Source: a virus
Taxonomy: Duplodnaviria > Caudoviricetes
IMG/VR virus record: IMGVR_UViG_3300042268_000564
Direction: 5' to 3' (one strand)
Length of the DNA: 64,000 nt
Positions 51,230 through 60,638 of this stretch are shown here, one piece after another (positions within the stretch are counted from its first letter, which is position 1; each line of letters opens with the position of its first letter). The position numbers were made by a program, and so were the translations under genes. A model generated the notes under the pieces. That model did no database searches. It was not told where the DNA came from and saw only the letters and a list, made by a program, of their open reading frames with translations.

Positions 51230-51940
51230 TCAATCACCTTCAATGTGTAGGTGATGCTTGCAGAATCCACACCTGCACTCAGCATCGACCATGTCAGGGA
51301 GTCCTTTTATTACGGCATTAACAAATTGTTTTATTGAATTTTCCATAATTTTGTCAAGTTTTTCTGTAAGCTCTTCAAGAAAAACTTGTTTTTTATATAT
51401 AGGCAATAAATTTAATGAAACATCATAGCACTTCGTGCTGTCAGGCACTAATTTGAATTTTTTACGAGCGTTTCTGGCAAGATTCACCAATGCTTCAATC
51501 CTTGAGTTTTTCTCAATTTCTAACAGCGTCTTTTTAGCTATCCAAAATTTGTCCCATGCGTCACGAACGCCTTTAATTTTGTTTGTGTAAATTTTTAATT
51601 TGGCTCTACAATTCATATTGGGGCAAGTGATATCTTCAACTTTTTCGAGGACTATTGGCGTGTGCTCTCTTATGTAAGAGAATAAAACTTGTGAGCTTGT
51701 GTCCCATATTCCTTCTGCGCCAGTTTTAACATATTCCCTTTGCTTTGCTTCAGCATGGTGGCGAGATGGTGTAATGTCGCTATCGAGGACTAAGCACATT
51801 CTGTTCTTTGTCCATGTCCATGTATCGTATACATTTTCAGCAAAATTTTCAGCAATCGCTACAGTTTCTCTGCGGAAATCACTTTCGCACGTAGAAATAT
51901 CTTTTTTAGAAGGTTCTGTTGCCAGTGTTACTTTAAGCAT
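51230..51940 (-). CDS. hypothetical Cys-containing protein
   Basis: CPNMNC...CGFC. Confidence 0.6.
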   Translation of the reverse strand: MLKVTLATEPSKKDISTCESDFRRETVAIAENFAENVYDTWTWTKNRMCLVLDSDITPSRHHAEAKQREYVKTGAEGIWDTSSQVLFSYIREHTPIVLEKVEDITCPNMNCRAKLKIYTNKIKGVRDAWDKFWIAKKTLLEIEKNSRIEALVNLARNARKKFKLVPDSTKCYDVSLNLLPIYKKQVFLEELTEKLDKIMENSIKQFVNAVIKGLPDMVDAECRCGFCKHHLHIEGD

Positions 51941-52667
51941 TCGATTGTTCCCCCGACTTATTTTTTGTTTTAATTTCAGACAAGAATTTTTGCCACGCAT
52001 CAAATCTTTCTCCAGTCTGTTGAAAATTCACAGGACAAAGCACACACTCAAACAACCATGAGCCTAATTCCCAACTACCATTACGTTTTGGGCATGTTTT
52101 TGATAAAGGTTGTTCTGGAAGTTCTTGCTTCTCCCCATCTATTTCTTTGAAGCCATCACCACCAGCATTAATATTAGCCTGTTTAATAGTTAATGTATCG
52201 CACAAATACAATTCATCTCCTGCAAGTTCTTGATGTAGGTTAAAAACGGTTAATGATAAGTTCGCAGCTTTTGTAATCAGTGGTTTCAAGTCCTCAGAGG
52301 GCAAAACTGTTCGTCTCCCAGTTTGGTTATTTTGACTAACTTGTGGCTTGCTTATTAATAACAAGTTTTCGGGTAATGTCAAATTGTTATTTTGTAACTT
52401 TTTTTCCAAATCAAACAAACATCCCATGAAATCAGAATCGTCGAGTGAAATGTTTTGTTGAAAAACATCTGCCTGTTGAATAATTTGACTCGGCGCAGAG
52501 GCGTTCTTGTTGAAATTTTGTCGTGGCATTTCATCAAAAATGTTATTTGTTTTGCCTTCTATATCTATAATTTTTCTGCGTCCTTCATTTATGAAACGCT
52601 TTTCTCTTATTTCTTCCAGTAGTAGAATCAGTTCTTTTTCTTTTTCCCATAATAGTTCCCACGACAT
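51933..52667 (-). CDS. hypothetical protein
   Basis: GGAGG SD; C-terminal Cys cluster. Confidence 0.65.
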   Translation of the reverse strand: MSWELLWEKEKELILLLEEIREKRFINEGRRKIIDIEGKTNNIFDEMPRQNFNKNASAPSQIIQQADVFQQNISLDDSDFMGCLFDLEKKLQNNNLTLPENLLLISKPQVSQNNQTGRRTVLPSEDLKPLITKAANLSLTVFNLHQELAGDELYLCDTLTIKQANINAGGDGFKEIDGEKQELPEQPLSKTCPKRNGSWELGSWLFECVLCPVNFQQTGERFDAWQKFLSEIKTKNKSGEQSNA

Positions 52668-52779
52668 AAGACAGCCCTCCGTGTGTGGTTTGGTTATTTA
52701 TTATATATAATACGCACAATAAAAAAGCCAGAGAGCTTTTTCACTCTCTGGCTCGTGTATGTATACTGTATTTTAGCTT

Positions 52780-53328
52780 TTAGAATGATGTTGTGAAGTC
52801 CATTTGCCTGATATCGTTAGTGTTCAATCTGCGTGGCACTTCTTTTACGGGCACCGTTTTGCCAGTTTCTTTTATGCGTTTGGCAACTTCACGGGCTTGA
52901 GATAATGGCACCCATACGTATGTGTGTCGGTCTTTAGGGTTAAACACCATGATATGTTTTTCGACCTTGCCTGTTTCTTTATTGACTTTTGGTCGAATCA
53001 GTCCTTTCTGCGCAAGTAGCTCTTCAAAGTTCGTGGTGTCAGCGGTAGTTACATATTGGTAGGTAAAAACACCAGTATTATCTTTTGTCATCATCATGAT
53101 GATTGCGCTGCCACTGGCATCAACCTGCGTAGTTGTTTTCAAGACACCAAGTGATTCAAACAGTTCAATTTGTTTTTCACGTTCTTTTGCAACTTCGTCT
53201 TCTGTTTTTTCTGCCTGTTTCGGGGTAATGGAATATCCAAACAGGTCAAGAGCGGATACAGGATAGGCAAGGATAAGAACAAGGACAAGGCTCAATACGG
53301 TTCTTTTCATGGGCAGGCTCCTTTTCAT
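52780..53328 (-). CDS. signal-peptide-bearing protein
   Basis: MKRTVLSLVLVLILAYPVSA|LD. Confidence 0.65.
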   Translation of the reverse strand: MKRSLPMKRTVLSLVLVLILAYPVSALDLFGYSITPKQAEKTEDEVAKEREKQIELFESLGVLKTTTQVDASGSAIIMMMTKDNTGVFTYQYVTTADTTNFEELLAQKGLIRPKVNKETGKVEKHIMVFNPKDRHTYVWVPLSQAREVAKRIKETGKTVPVKEVPRRLNTNDIRQMDFTTSF

Positions 53329-53744
53329 TGTCTTTTTAACATTTCTTTATAAGCATCTTGTGGCATGTACACCGTTGACGCTTTGTTTCCTGTTACAAAT
53401 AATACGAAACCGTCTTCTTTTGCATGAACATTCACTTTGCAGGTTATAGAATTTATAATTTCTTGTTTGTCATTTACACAACAATGTAATGGAACCACCA
53501 ACGAGCGGTCTTTAGTCTTGCAGTAGATTCCATCAGTGGGAACATTCAGTTCTATGTCCTTCCAGTGGAAGTTGGTTTCTTTGGGTAACTTATATGGCAA
53601 AGTTACGAAACCTTTGTCAATAGAATCCTCAACAATATTCAAGCTTATACCATCTTTTTCTGTTTTTATTTCAGTCAAAACAGTCCAAGTTCGTATTATA
53701 AGTTCATGCAGTATTAATTGTTGCAATTCTTTCAACAGTTTCAT
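53325..53744 (-). CDS. hypothetical protein, leaderless
   Basis: ATG 6 nt after TATAAT (promoter 53751-53778). Confidence 0.65.
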   Translation of the reverse strand: MKLLKELQQLILHELIIRTWTVLTEIKTEKDGISLNIVEDSIDKGFVTLPYKLPKETNFHWKDIELNVPTDGIYCKTKDRSLVVPLHCCVNDKQEIINSITCKVNVHAKEDGFVLFVTGNKASTVYMPQDAYKEMLKRQ

Positions 53745-53963
53745 ACTGCTATTATAACCAAGCATAAAAAAATGTCAAGGGATAAAGAAAAATGAAAACC
53801 AAACTTGTGTCGAGCTTGTCCAGTTTTACTCAGAACGAAAATGAATCGAAAGAATTGAGCGAGGTCTTTGATGCCTACAAGTATTATTTAATGTATGGCG
53901 CAAAAGTAGAAACTACTTTGTGGACTAACAGGCAACTTGAGTTATACAGGATACTATTGCAAG

Positions 53964-54494
53964 ATGAGCAAGGCAGCGAAAACGATATTGTTACTTGATA
54001 GAGCTTATACTCCTTTAATGTTTATAAGTCGACGTAAGGCTTTAAAAATGGCTTTTACTGGCAAAGCTGAATTCCTTATGGATGAAGAAGTGTTAAGACT
54101 GCTTCATAAGATAATGCATAATCTTAATCAGTTCAGGGTTGCTCGCAAGAGACGTGGTGAATATGGCATCAAATATTCCATATTTTTGCGAGATAAAGAC
54201 ATCTGTCAATACTGTGGACGGCAACTGAATAAAAAAGAACGGACACTTGACCATATTCTTCCGAGAAGCAAGGGCGGTGAAACCAGTTTTTTAAACTGTG
54301 TTGCCGCATGTAGAAAATGTAATCAGTCCAAAGGTGATAAATCAGCTCACGAGGTTGGTTTAACCTTAATAAGAGAACCTTATGTTCCTACTCGCACAGA
54401 GTTATTGCAAGCTATGGACAAAGGTGGGATTTGGTCTCGCTTTGTAATCTGGCTAGAGGAAGGCTGTGGAATGCCTCAAGCGGAGGTCGCATGA
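53964..54494 (+). CDS. HNH endonuclease
   Basis: RD..CQYCG...TLDHILPRSKGG...NCVAACRKCNQSKG. Confidence 0.92.
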   Translation: MSKAAKTILLLDRAYTPLMFISRRKALKMAFTGKAEFLMDEEVLRLLHKIMHNLNQFRVARKRRGEYGIKYSIFLRDKDICQYCGRQLNKKERTLDHILPRSKGGETSFLNCVAACRKCNQSKGDKSAHEVGLTLIREPYVPTRTELLQAMDKGGIWSRFVIWLEEGCGMPQAEVA

Positions 54495-55345
54495 AAAGAT
54501 TAAAATTGTCTGCCATCAGGAAATTCTCATATTGTCCAAGATGGTATTACATCCAATATATCTTGGGCTTTAACCCAAAATCTCCAGTTAAATCGAAATT
54601 TCCTATCTTTGACGCTATAAGAGGCTGCGTTGTTAAAGGTAGCGATGAGGGCTATAGAGATAGAATCGCAGGCTTGATGGTTGGCGAAGAGTCGAAAGAA
54701 GAAGATGCCCCGTTCCATGAAATGGTTAGTAGAGGCGAGCTTTTATTAAAGCAAGCTTTAGATTGGCGTAAATCTTTGGACGAAATAATCTGGGCAGAGC
54801 AACTTATAGAATATAAAGTAGAAATTTCAGACGAGATGTCGCTGCCAGTTGTGGGCTATCCAGACATTCTTGCGAAGCATCAGGGCAAAACAAAGCTTTT
54901 CAACTTCCGAATGGGTTACACAGCCTATGGTGAAAGAGAAATTTATGGCGACATGTTGGAGCTTTATGTCTATAAAAAAGGTTTGGAAAAACATCTTAAA
55001 ATTGAGATAGACGAGGTAATAGTTCTTGGCATGATATTACGAAATCGTAAAGAGCGCAATTCTAAAAGAGCTACTACGCCAGTAACTGAGATTCAAGAAC
55101 ATGTGTTGGGCTTTGAAGAAGGATTTGGTGATGTGGTTGATACTACATTGCTTGGCGTGGCAGGGGCAATTGAAGCAGAAGCTTTTCCTGCATTAGGGCT
55201 GCAAACAGGCGTTTGTTCGTGGTGTCCTAACCGTGCAAGCATACATGGGCAAAGGTTTTGTTTTTTTTCGGATGAAATATTGAGAAAATTCGCTCAATCA
55301 TCTTTGCAACGAGCCAGTATAGACAAATGGCGAGACGATTTTTAA
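54491..55345 (+). CDS. PD-(D/E)XK Cas4/RecB-like protein with an altered active site
   Basis: S.I..F..CPR, GYPDIL, CSWCP...C; NFR where D/E-x-K is expected. Confidence 0.7.
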   Translation: MKRLKLSAIRKFSYCPRWYYIQYILGFNPKSPVKSKFPIFDAIRGCVVKGSDEGYRDRIAGLMVGEESKEEDAPFHEMVSRGELLLKQALDWRKSLDEIIWAEQLIEYKVEISDEMSLPVVGYPDILAKHQGKTKLFNFRMGYTAYGEREIYGDMLELYVYKKGLEKHLKIEIDEVIVLGMILRNRKERNSKRATTPVTEIQEHVLGFEEGFGDVVDTTLLGVAGAIEAEAFPALGLQTGVCSWCPNRASIHGQRFCFFSDEILRKFAQSSLQRASIDKWRDDF

Positions 55346-55355
55346 GGAGCTTTTT

Positions 55356-55640
55356 ATGAAACAGGCTTATAAGCATCTCAAGACAGGGAACATTTATTAT
55401 CTTGTAAAAGCGAATGTAATCTCTGCCACCAATGGCGACACAAATGAGGGCAAGTTACACGCTCTTTATGAAGACAAGTTCGGAAATCAATTCATAAGAG
55501 AATTGAAAGAATTTTCTCAGAAATTTAAGCTTATTTCTTGTAGGGATTGCGCACGGTTTTCGGGCTGGTGCAACGATTGTCGAGATTGTGAAGATTTTGC
55601 CAAGCATCAAAAGTTTGAATCTGTAGAAGATATAGCGTGA
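55356..55640 (+). CDS. DUF1653-like protein
   Basis: YKHLKTGNIY...LYED...FIRELKEF. Confidence 0.7.
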   Translation: MKQAYKHLKTGNIYYLVKANVISATNGDTNEGKLHALYEDKFGNQFIRELKEFSQKFKLISCRDCARFSGWCNDCRDCEDFAKHQKFESVEDIA

Positions 55641-55851
55641 GGTAGAGAAATGACATCTTTACTCATTTGGTGCATTGCATTGCTATTAATCCTTTTAATC
55701 ATCAAAGGACGCTTCCTGATTTGGAATGTTTATCATTCCATAATTATACATCTTGCCATCAGGAAGGCTCAAAAGCGATTGCGAGCAATTGGCAAAGATG
55801 ATATAGCCAAGAATCTAACTTGGGACAAGAAATGGTACGGATATTAATAAT

Positions 55852-57180
55852 ATGGAATACAAAAGCTATCAATTAGAAAAAAAACTACTTGGCCAGCCAG
55901 CAAGTTTCTGGGAAACGTCTGTTTATTTGTTTATTGGAGAAGAATCTTATTTAAAAGAAGATTTGCTTTCCACTGTGATGAAGAAATTAAAGGTGCCAAG
56001 AGATGGGGCAATGAGGCTTGACGCTGCTACTTTGTCGGGTGAGGAAATATTTTCATCTCTGAATACAGCTCAGTTGAGTGATGAGCGGGTTATTATTATT
56101 GTCGAAAATGCAGACAAGATTCCTGCTGATACATGTCAAAGCCTTTATAATTTATGGGAAAAGAATGGTTTCCCTGAAGATTCTCTCCCTGTATTTATAG
56201 CTCAATCTGTCACAAATAGAAAATTGTGGGGATTGGTCAAAGAAGAAGGCATTTGGTGTAAATTTTATCAGATGTTCAGTGATGGCGTGCCACGTTGGAC
56301 ATTGAATAAAATGCAACAGGCAGGCATTAAGGCAGAGCGTGGGGTTGAGTTTATTATAAGTAGTCTTTGTAATCTTAACTTGCGACATATAGCAAAAGAG
56401 GTCGAGAAACTGGCAATCGCTGGCGACTACCTTACCGCTGACAATATTAAAAATTACATAAGAGGTACAGAGTCTTATGATAGGTCAACAGTGGAAGATA
56501 GTTTTATGGGCAGAGATTTGATAAGGTGCAGAACTTTATTGGGTAAGCTCATTGAGGTCGGTGATAATTCTGTTCGAGATTTCATTTTAAGCTTTAGCCG
56601 AATCACGAGACATGCGATTCAAGCAAAATATAGTCTCGATAATAAGGTGGCAGGAGCGCCAATAATTGCAAATCTCGGTGGACAATTACTTGGATTGACT
56701 GCTGGTGATTGGAACACTATTTCAAAGAAAATTGAGGTGGCGAAGCAGGGCAGCAGTCTTGTAGACAAAATTCCAATGGCAGAAAAAATGCGGTGGACTG
56801 GCAAGCTAAGTTTCATTCAAGAAGCCCAAGATGAGCCGAGTGATGCAGACGAGGGAACCGATAAAAAGGGACGCCGGAAATTACTCACTTACGACGTGGA
56901 TAAAGAGAAACGTCTGGCAGAAATAGAAGCGCAGAAAGCCTTGAGAAAGTGGGAAGAAACAGAACTCTATAATCATAATATTTGGTATCAAAAAAGCGTC
57001 TATGGGATTTTAAAAACATTCCACATGGCGACAGTTTATACAAAAGACGAATTGAGTCAAATGCTTGCAACTCTCTTAAAAATTAATGAATCTCTCTATT
57101 ATCAAGGCGAGTTTCAAATGCAAGAAAAATTGGATTGTTTGTTGATTAAATTGATGCAAGGTAAGTGCTTAAAGGCATAA
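55852..57180 (+). CDS. holA: DNA polymerase III delta (clamp loader)-like protein
   Basis: VYLFIGEESYL; ERVIIIVENAD; NLRHIAKEVEKL. Confidence 0.75.
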   Translation: MEYKSYQLEKKLLGQPASFWETSVYLFIGEESYLKEDLLSTVMKKLKVPRDGAMRLDAATLSGEEIFSSLNTAQLSDERVIIIVENADKIPADTCQSLYNLWEKNGFPEDSLPVFIAQSVTNRKLWGLVKEEGIWCKFYQMFSDGVPRWTLNKMQQAGIKAERGVEFIISSLCNLNLRHIAKEVEKLAIAGDYLTADNIKNYIRGTESYDRSTVEDSFMGRDLIRCRTLLGKLIEVGDNSVRDFILSFSRITRHAIQAKYSLDNKVAGAPIIANLGGQLLGLTAGDWNTISKKIEVAKQGSSLVDKIPMAEKMRWTGKLSFIQEAQDEPSDADEGTDKKGRRKLLTYDVDKEKRLAEIEAQKALRKWEETELYNHNIWYQKSVYGILKTFHMATVYTKDELSQMLATLLKINESLYYQGEFQMQEKLDCLLIKLMQGKCLKA

Positions 57181-57211
57181 TAAAGGTATACGAATTTCTC
57201 TGGAGGAACGC

Positions 57212-58579
57212 ATGGAATTTTATTTTTTAAACGCAGATGGCAAAGTTGTGTGTTATACTCCGTCTCAGTCGGAAATATTCACGCAGAGCAAGGGACGCAA
57301 AGATGTTACGACAATGACTGCCGAGTTCTGGGATAATGTTGGCAGAATTGGCGGCGTAATTGATAATGGGATGCAAAGTGACGTGGTAATCCAGCCTACA
57401 AATGACAACCTTCAAACTATTGGGGTGAGATATGTTGTGAGTCGTGGTGTAAATACTTATGTGGGCTTTGGTTCCAGCAATGAATACTCAACCACAAAGT
57501 CCGTAAGTAATTTTAATGATAAGTACGGCAATCCCAAAACTAGTGTTTCAGGGTCTGCGGTTCACGCACTCGAAATGGCTGTTAAAAGAGCTAAAAATAA
57601 AGCTATTGCAGCGGCATTAGGCTTGCCGCATGGCGAAGTGCACAGCGATAAAATTATCAGCATAGACTTGATAGCTCAAGGCATTTCAATTGATAGCCCC
57701 GACAAAATCACTATTTCAAGAGGCAGCGCACCTACGAAATCCTATAGCAGCAACAAGTCTTACAACAATAAGCCATCAGGCAATAACGACACGCCTAGTT
57801 GGGGAAGCTCATCTACAAAATCAAGTGGCACCTTTGCATCTAAAAATGGGGTTGCTCCTATAAGAAATAATGGCAATGAATCAAATTCACCACAAACCAC
57901 AAAAACGGTAAGCAAGCCAGCGTCTGCTGCTCCTACCTCTAACAATGCAGCTTCTGGTTCTGGCAACGATGACCCTGCTGATTTTGTCCTAACTTTTGGA
58001 AAGCACAATGGTAGAACTCTAAGAGATTTACTGTATAACAAAAGTGATAAGGGTTACATCTCATGGCTTGCAAAAGGTGAAAAAGATACGCCAGCAAAAA
58101 GAGCAGCTATAGCTATGTTGGAAAAGTATGGCGAGCTTTTTAATGATAGTGCCACATCAACCAACAATGTCGCAGATACGATTGATTACAGAGCGCAGCT
58201 TCAAATGGAATGGAAAAAACGTGGCTATGATGACACCAATGATGATGGTCGAGCAAAGATTAAGGAGTCTATAGGTTGGGCACTTAAGATTGACGGCAAT
58301 TTTAAATGGGAAGATATTACACAAGAACAAGCCCACAGCATCTTGAACCAAATAGACGTAGTATTCCCAGATGCAAATCAACCAGCACAAAAGATTCAGC
58401 ACGGAAAAGAAATAAGGTGCGCAGGGGTTAAAGAAGATGGCACGCCTTGCAACGAACTCTTGCAACCGCCTGTCGTAGAATTTTGCAAAAACAATGCAGA
58501 ACTTTTCCAGAACAATTATTATTGTTTTGCTCATCAGAACAGCTTTTTCGCTACAAGTAATGATGGCGAAATAATGTAA
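57212..58579 (+). CDS. SSAP-like multidomain protein
   Basis: MAVKRAKNKAIAAALG; Ser/Asn linker; FGKHNG.TL...YISWL module; C-terminal Cys/His cluster. Confidence 0.5.
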   Translation: MEFYFLNADGKVVCYTPSQSEIFTQSKGRKDVTTMTAEFWDNVGRIGGVIDNGMQSDVVIQPTNDNLQTIGVRYVVSRGVNTYVGFGSSNEYSTTKSVSNFNDKYGNPKTSVSGSAVHALEMAVKRAKNKAIAAALGLPHGEVHSDKIISIDLIAQGISIDSPDKITISRGSAPTKSYSSNKSYNNKPSGNNDTPSWGSSSTKSSGTFASKNGVAPIRNNGNESNSPQTTKTVSKPASAAPTSNNAASGSGNDDPADFVLTFGKHNGRTLRDLLYNKSDKGYISWLAKGEKDTPAKRAAIAMLEKYGELFNDSATSTNNVADTIDYRAQLQMEWKKRGYDDTNDDGRAKIKESIGWALKIDGNFKWEDITQEQAHSILNQIDVVFPDANQPAQKIQHGKEIRCAGVKEDGTPCNELLQPPVVEFCKNNAELFQNNYYCFAHQNSFFATSNDGEIM

Positions 58580-58646
58580 AAGAAAGTCATTCTGAGAGTA
58601 ATATAAAAGTCGGGGCAAAACCCGACTTTTTTTAACCAAGCCGAAT

Positions 58647-58922
58647 ATGAGACATTCAGATTTACTACAGAAATGTGCAGACAGAACGGGAGTATCGCTT
58701 CCAGTTGTAAAGCTCGTGGTTACAACTCTTTTTGAAGAGATACTGATTGCTTTATCCCTGCATAAAAGGGTCAAGATATCCAAATTTGGCATTTTTGAAC
58801 TTCGCAAGAAGAAAAACAGTGAATCGGCAGGTTATATAAAGATTTCTCAAGTGAGACTCGTGAAAAAGCTATTTGAACTTTTAAAAAACATAGGAGATAC
58901 CAAAAATGGCAAAAAAAGTTGA
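58647..58922 (+). CDS. HU/IHF-like protein with a shortened arm
   Basis: VKISKFGIFELR; lacks the RNPKT arm. Confidence 0.65.
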   Translation: MRHSDLLQKCADRTGVSLPVVKLVVTTLFEEILIALSLHKRVKISKFGIFELRKKKNSESAGYIKISQVRLVKKLFELLKNIGDTKNGKKS

Positions 58923-60210
58923 CCTTTCCTCGGTAGACAAAGCAGAAGCTATGCGCTTGGCAATGGAAGCTTTCAAAAAAGATTACGGCGAAAGCGTTGT
59001 GTCGGGCGACAAGTCGATTGATGAATTGCGAGAGACCTTAATGAATGTCTCGGTTATTCCAACTGGCAGTTTATCTCTGGACAGCTCTTTGGGTGTGTGG
59101 GGTTTTCCTCGTGGCAGAGTTGTAGAGCTTTATGGGAAAGAACACTCAGGAAAAACATCTATCGCTCTTAGCACTATTGGTTGTTGTCAGAAAATGGGCG
59201 GCAAAGCTGTTTTTATCGATGTAGAAAATGCCCTTGACCCATTGTTTGCTATCAATAACGGGGCGGATTATAGTTCTTTGATTCATGTTAAACCAAAGTC
59301 TGGCGATGATGCAATGAACACTCTGGATTTTTGGTTGAAACAGAATATTGCAGCAGGGCAGTGTCTTGTTGATGTTATTGTAGTTGACTCAGTAGCAGCT
59401 CTTGTTACAGAAGGACAGATTGATAATGATATCGGAAAAGTTGACGTGGCTGTTGCAGCTCGTTTAATGTCGCAGACTATGCGCAAAATAACACCTCACC
59501 TCGGCGAAACAGTTGTCATCTTTATTAATCAGATTCGTGAAAAGCCCGGCGTTATGTTTGGTCCAACCGAAGACACCCCCGGCGGCAAAGCCCTTAAGTT
59601 CTATTCATCTGTAAGATGTGCGGTAAGCAAGAAAGAATCTCTCTACCTTATGGCAGACGGTAGCATTGAGGGCTACAATGATTCCAGCAAGAAAAAAATC
59701 AAAGAGATTGGTCGTAGAGTAAGGGTTAAGATTGACAAGAATAAAGTTGCGCCAAAAGGTATCGAGGCTGAATTTGACTATGTTGAGGGGACAGGTATAG
59801 TAAGAGAAAGAGAAATCGCATTACTCGGTATAGAGTATGGTGTAATTTCTCAGGGTGGTGCCTATTATTCTGTTCCGGGCAGAGAGAATAAGATACAAGG
59901 ACTTGGCAATCTTGTTAATGAAGTGGCAAGTGATGAAAAGCTGCAAAACGCAATCTTGAATGAAATCAAAACGGTTGTATACCAATTGCGCAAAAATAAA
60001 GTGGAAGAAGCTTTGAAAAAGATTCAGGAAAATGCTACCAGTTCTGGTGGAAACATTTTTAATCTATGGGCGCAAGGTGAGACAGAAAAAATTGATATCT
60101 TTGACAATGACCAGCAGACCCCACCGAAAGAAGAGCCTGCAAAGCCCGAAGATAACAATCCAAAGCCAGACGGTAAAAGCGATATGAAATCCTCTCGCAG
60201 ACGACGATAA
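58906..60210 (+). CDS. recA: RecA
   Basis: IPTGSLSLD, GFPRGRVVELYGKEHSGKT, VVDSVAAL, ARLMSQ, FINQIR, GGKALKFY, KNKVAP. Confidence 0.97.
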   Translation: MAKKVDLSSVDKAEAMRLAMEAFKKDYGESVVSGDKSIDELRETLMNVSVIPTGSLSLDSSLGVWGFPRGRVVELYGKEHSGKTSIALSTIGCCQKMGGKAVFIDVENALDPLFAINNGADYSSLIHVKPKSGDDAMNTLDFWLKQNIAAGQCLVDVIVVDSVAALVTEGQIDNDIGKVDVAVAARLMSQTMRKITPHLGETVVIFINQIREKPGVMFGPTEDTPGGKALKFYSSVRCAVSKKESLYLMADGSIEGYNDSSKKKIKEIGRRVRVKIDKNKVAPKGIEAEFDYVEGTGIVREREIALLGIEYGVISQGGAYYSVPGRENKIQGLGNLVNEVASDEKLQNAILNEIKTVVYQLRKNKVEEALKKIQENATSSGGNIFNLWAQGETEKIDIFDNDQQTPPKEEPAKPEDNNPKPDGKSDMKSSRRRR

Positions 60211-60232
60211 TTAACCAAAGGAGCAACTAATA

Positions 60233-60625
60233 ATGAACGATGAAATGATGAACGATTCTACCTCTATGGATATTCCCGAAGATGCAGCCGAGCTTGATAT
60301 CCAACTCAAGAAAACTAAGCTCAGTGAAACTTATGCCATTAACGGCGCGGACGATATTGACTCCGTCAAGTCCAGACTGGATGAAAAATATCTTGACCCA
60401 TCAATATCCGTAAAAAAAGCAGTGCTTACCCTGAAGGTGAATATGGAAGCCAACCCGACTGAAAAGTCGCCTGCTAAAATTACAAGTTTTGCAGAAACCT
60501 ATAAGATTGACAGCCATGATGACCTTGAGGCATTTATTACAGTGTCGAAAGAAAGATTGAGCGATGAAAATCTTATCTTGAAATCTGCGAGCATTGCTTT
60601 TAAACTGGATTACGAAACTGAATAA
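60233..60625 (+). CDS. acidic protein with an internal duplication
   Basis: ETYxIxxxDD(I/L) occurs twice. Confidence 0.65.
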   Translation: MNDEMMNDSTSMDIPEDAAELDIQLKKTKLSETYAINGADDIDSVKSRLDEKYLDPSISVKKAVLTLKVNMEANPTEKSPAKITSFAETYKIDSHDDLEAFITVSKERLSDENLILKSASIAFKLDYETE

Positions 60626-60638
60626 TGGAGGGCAACTA

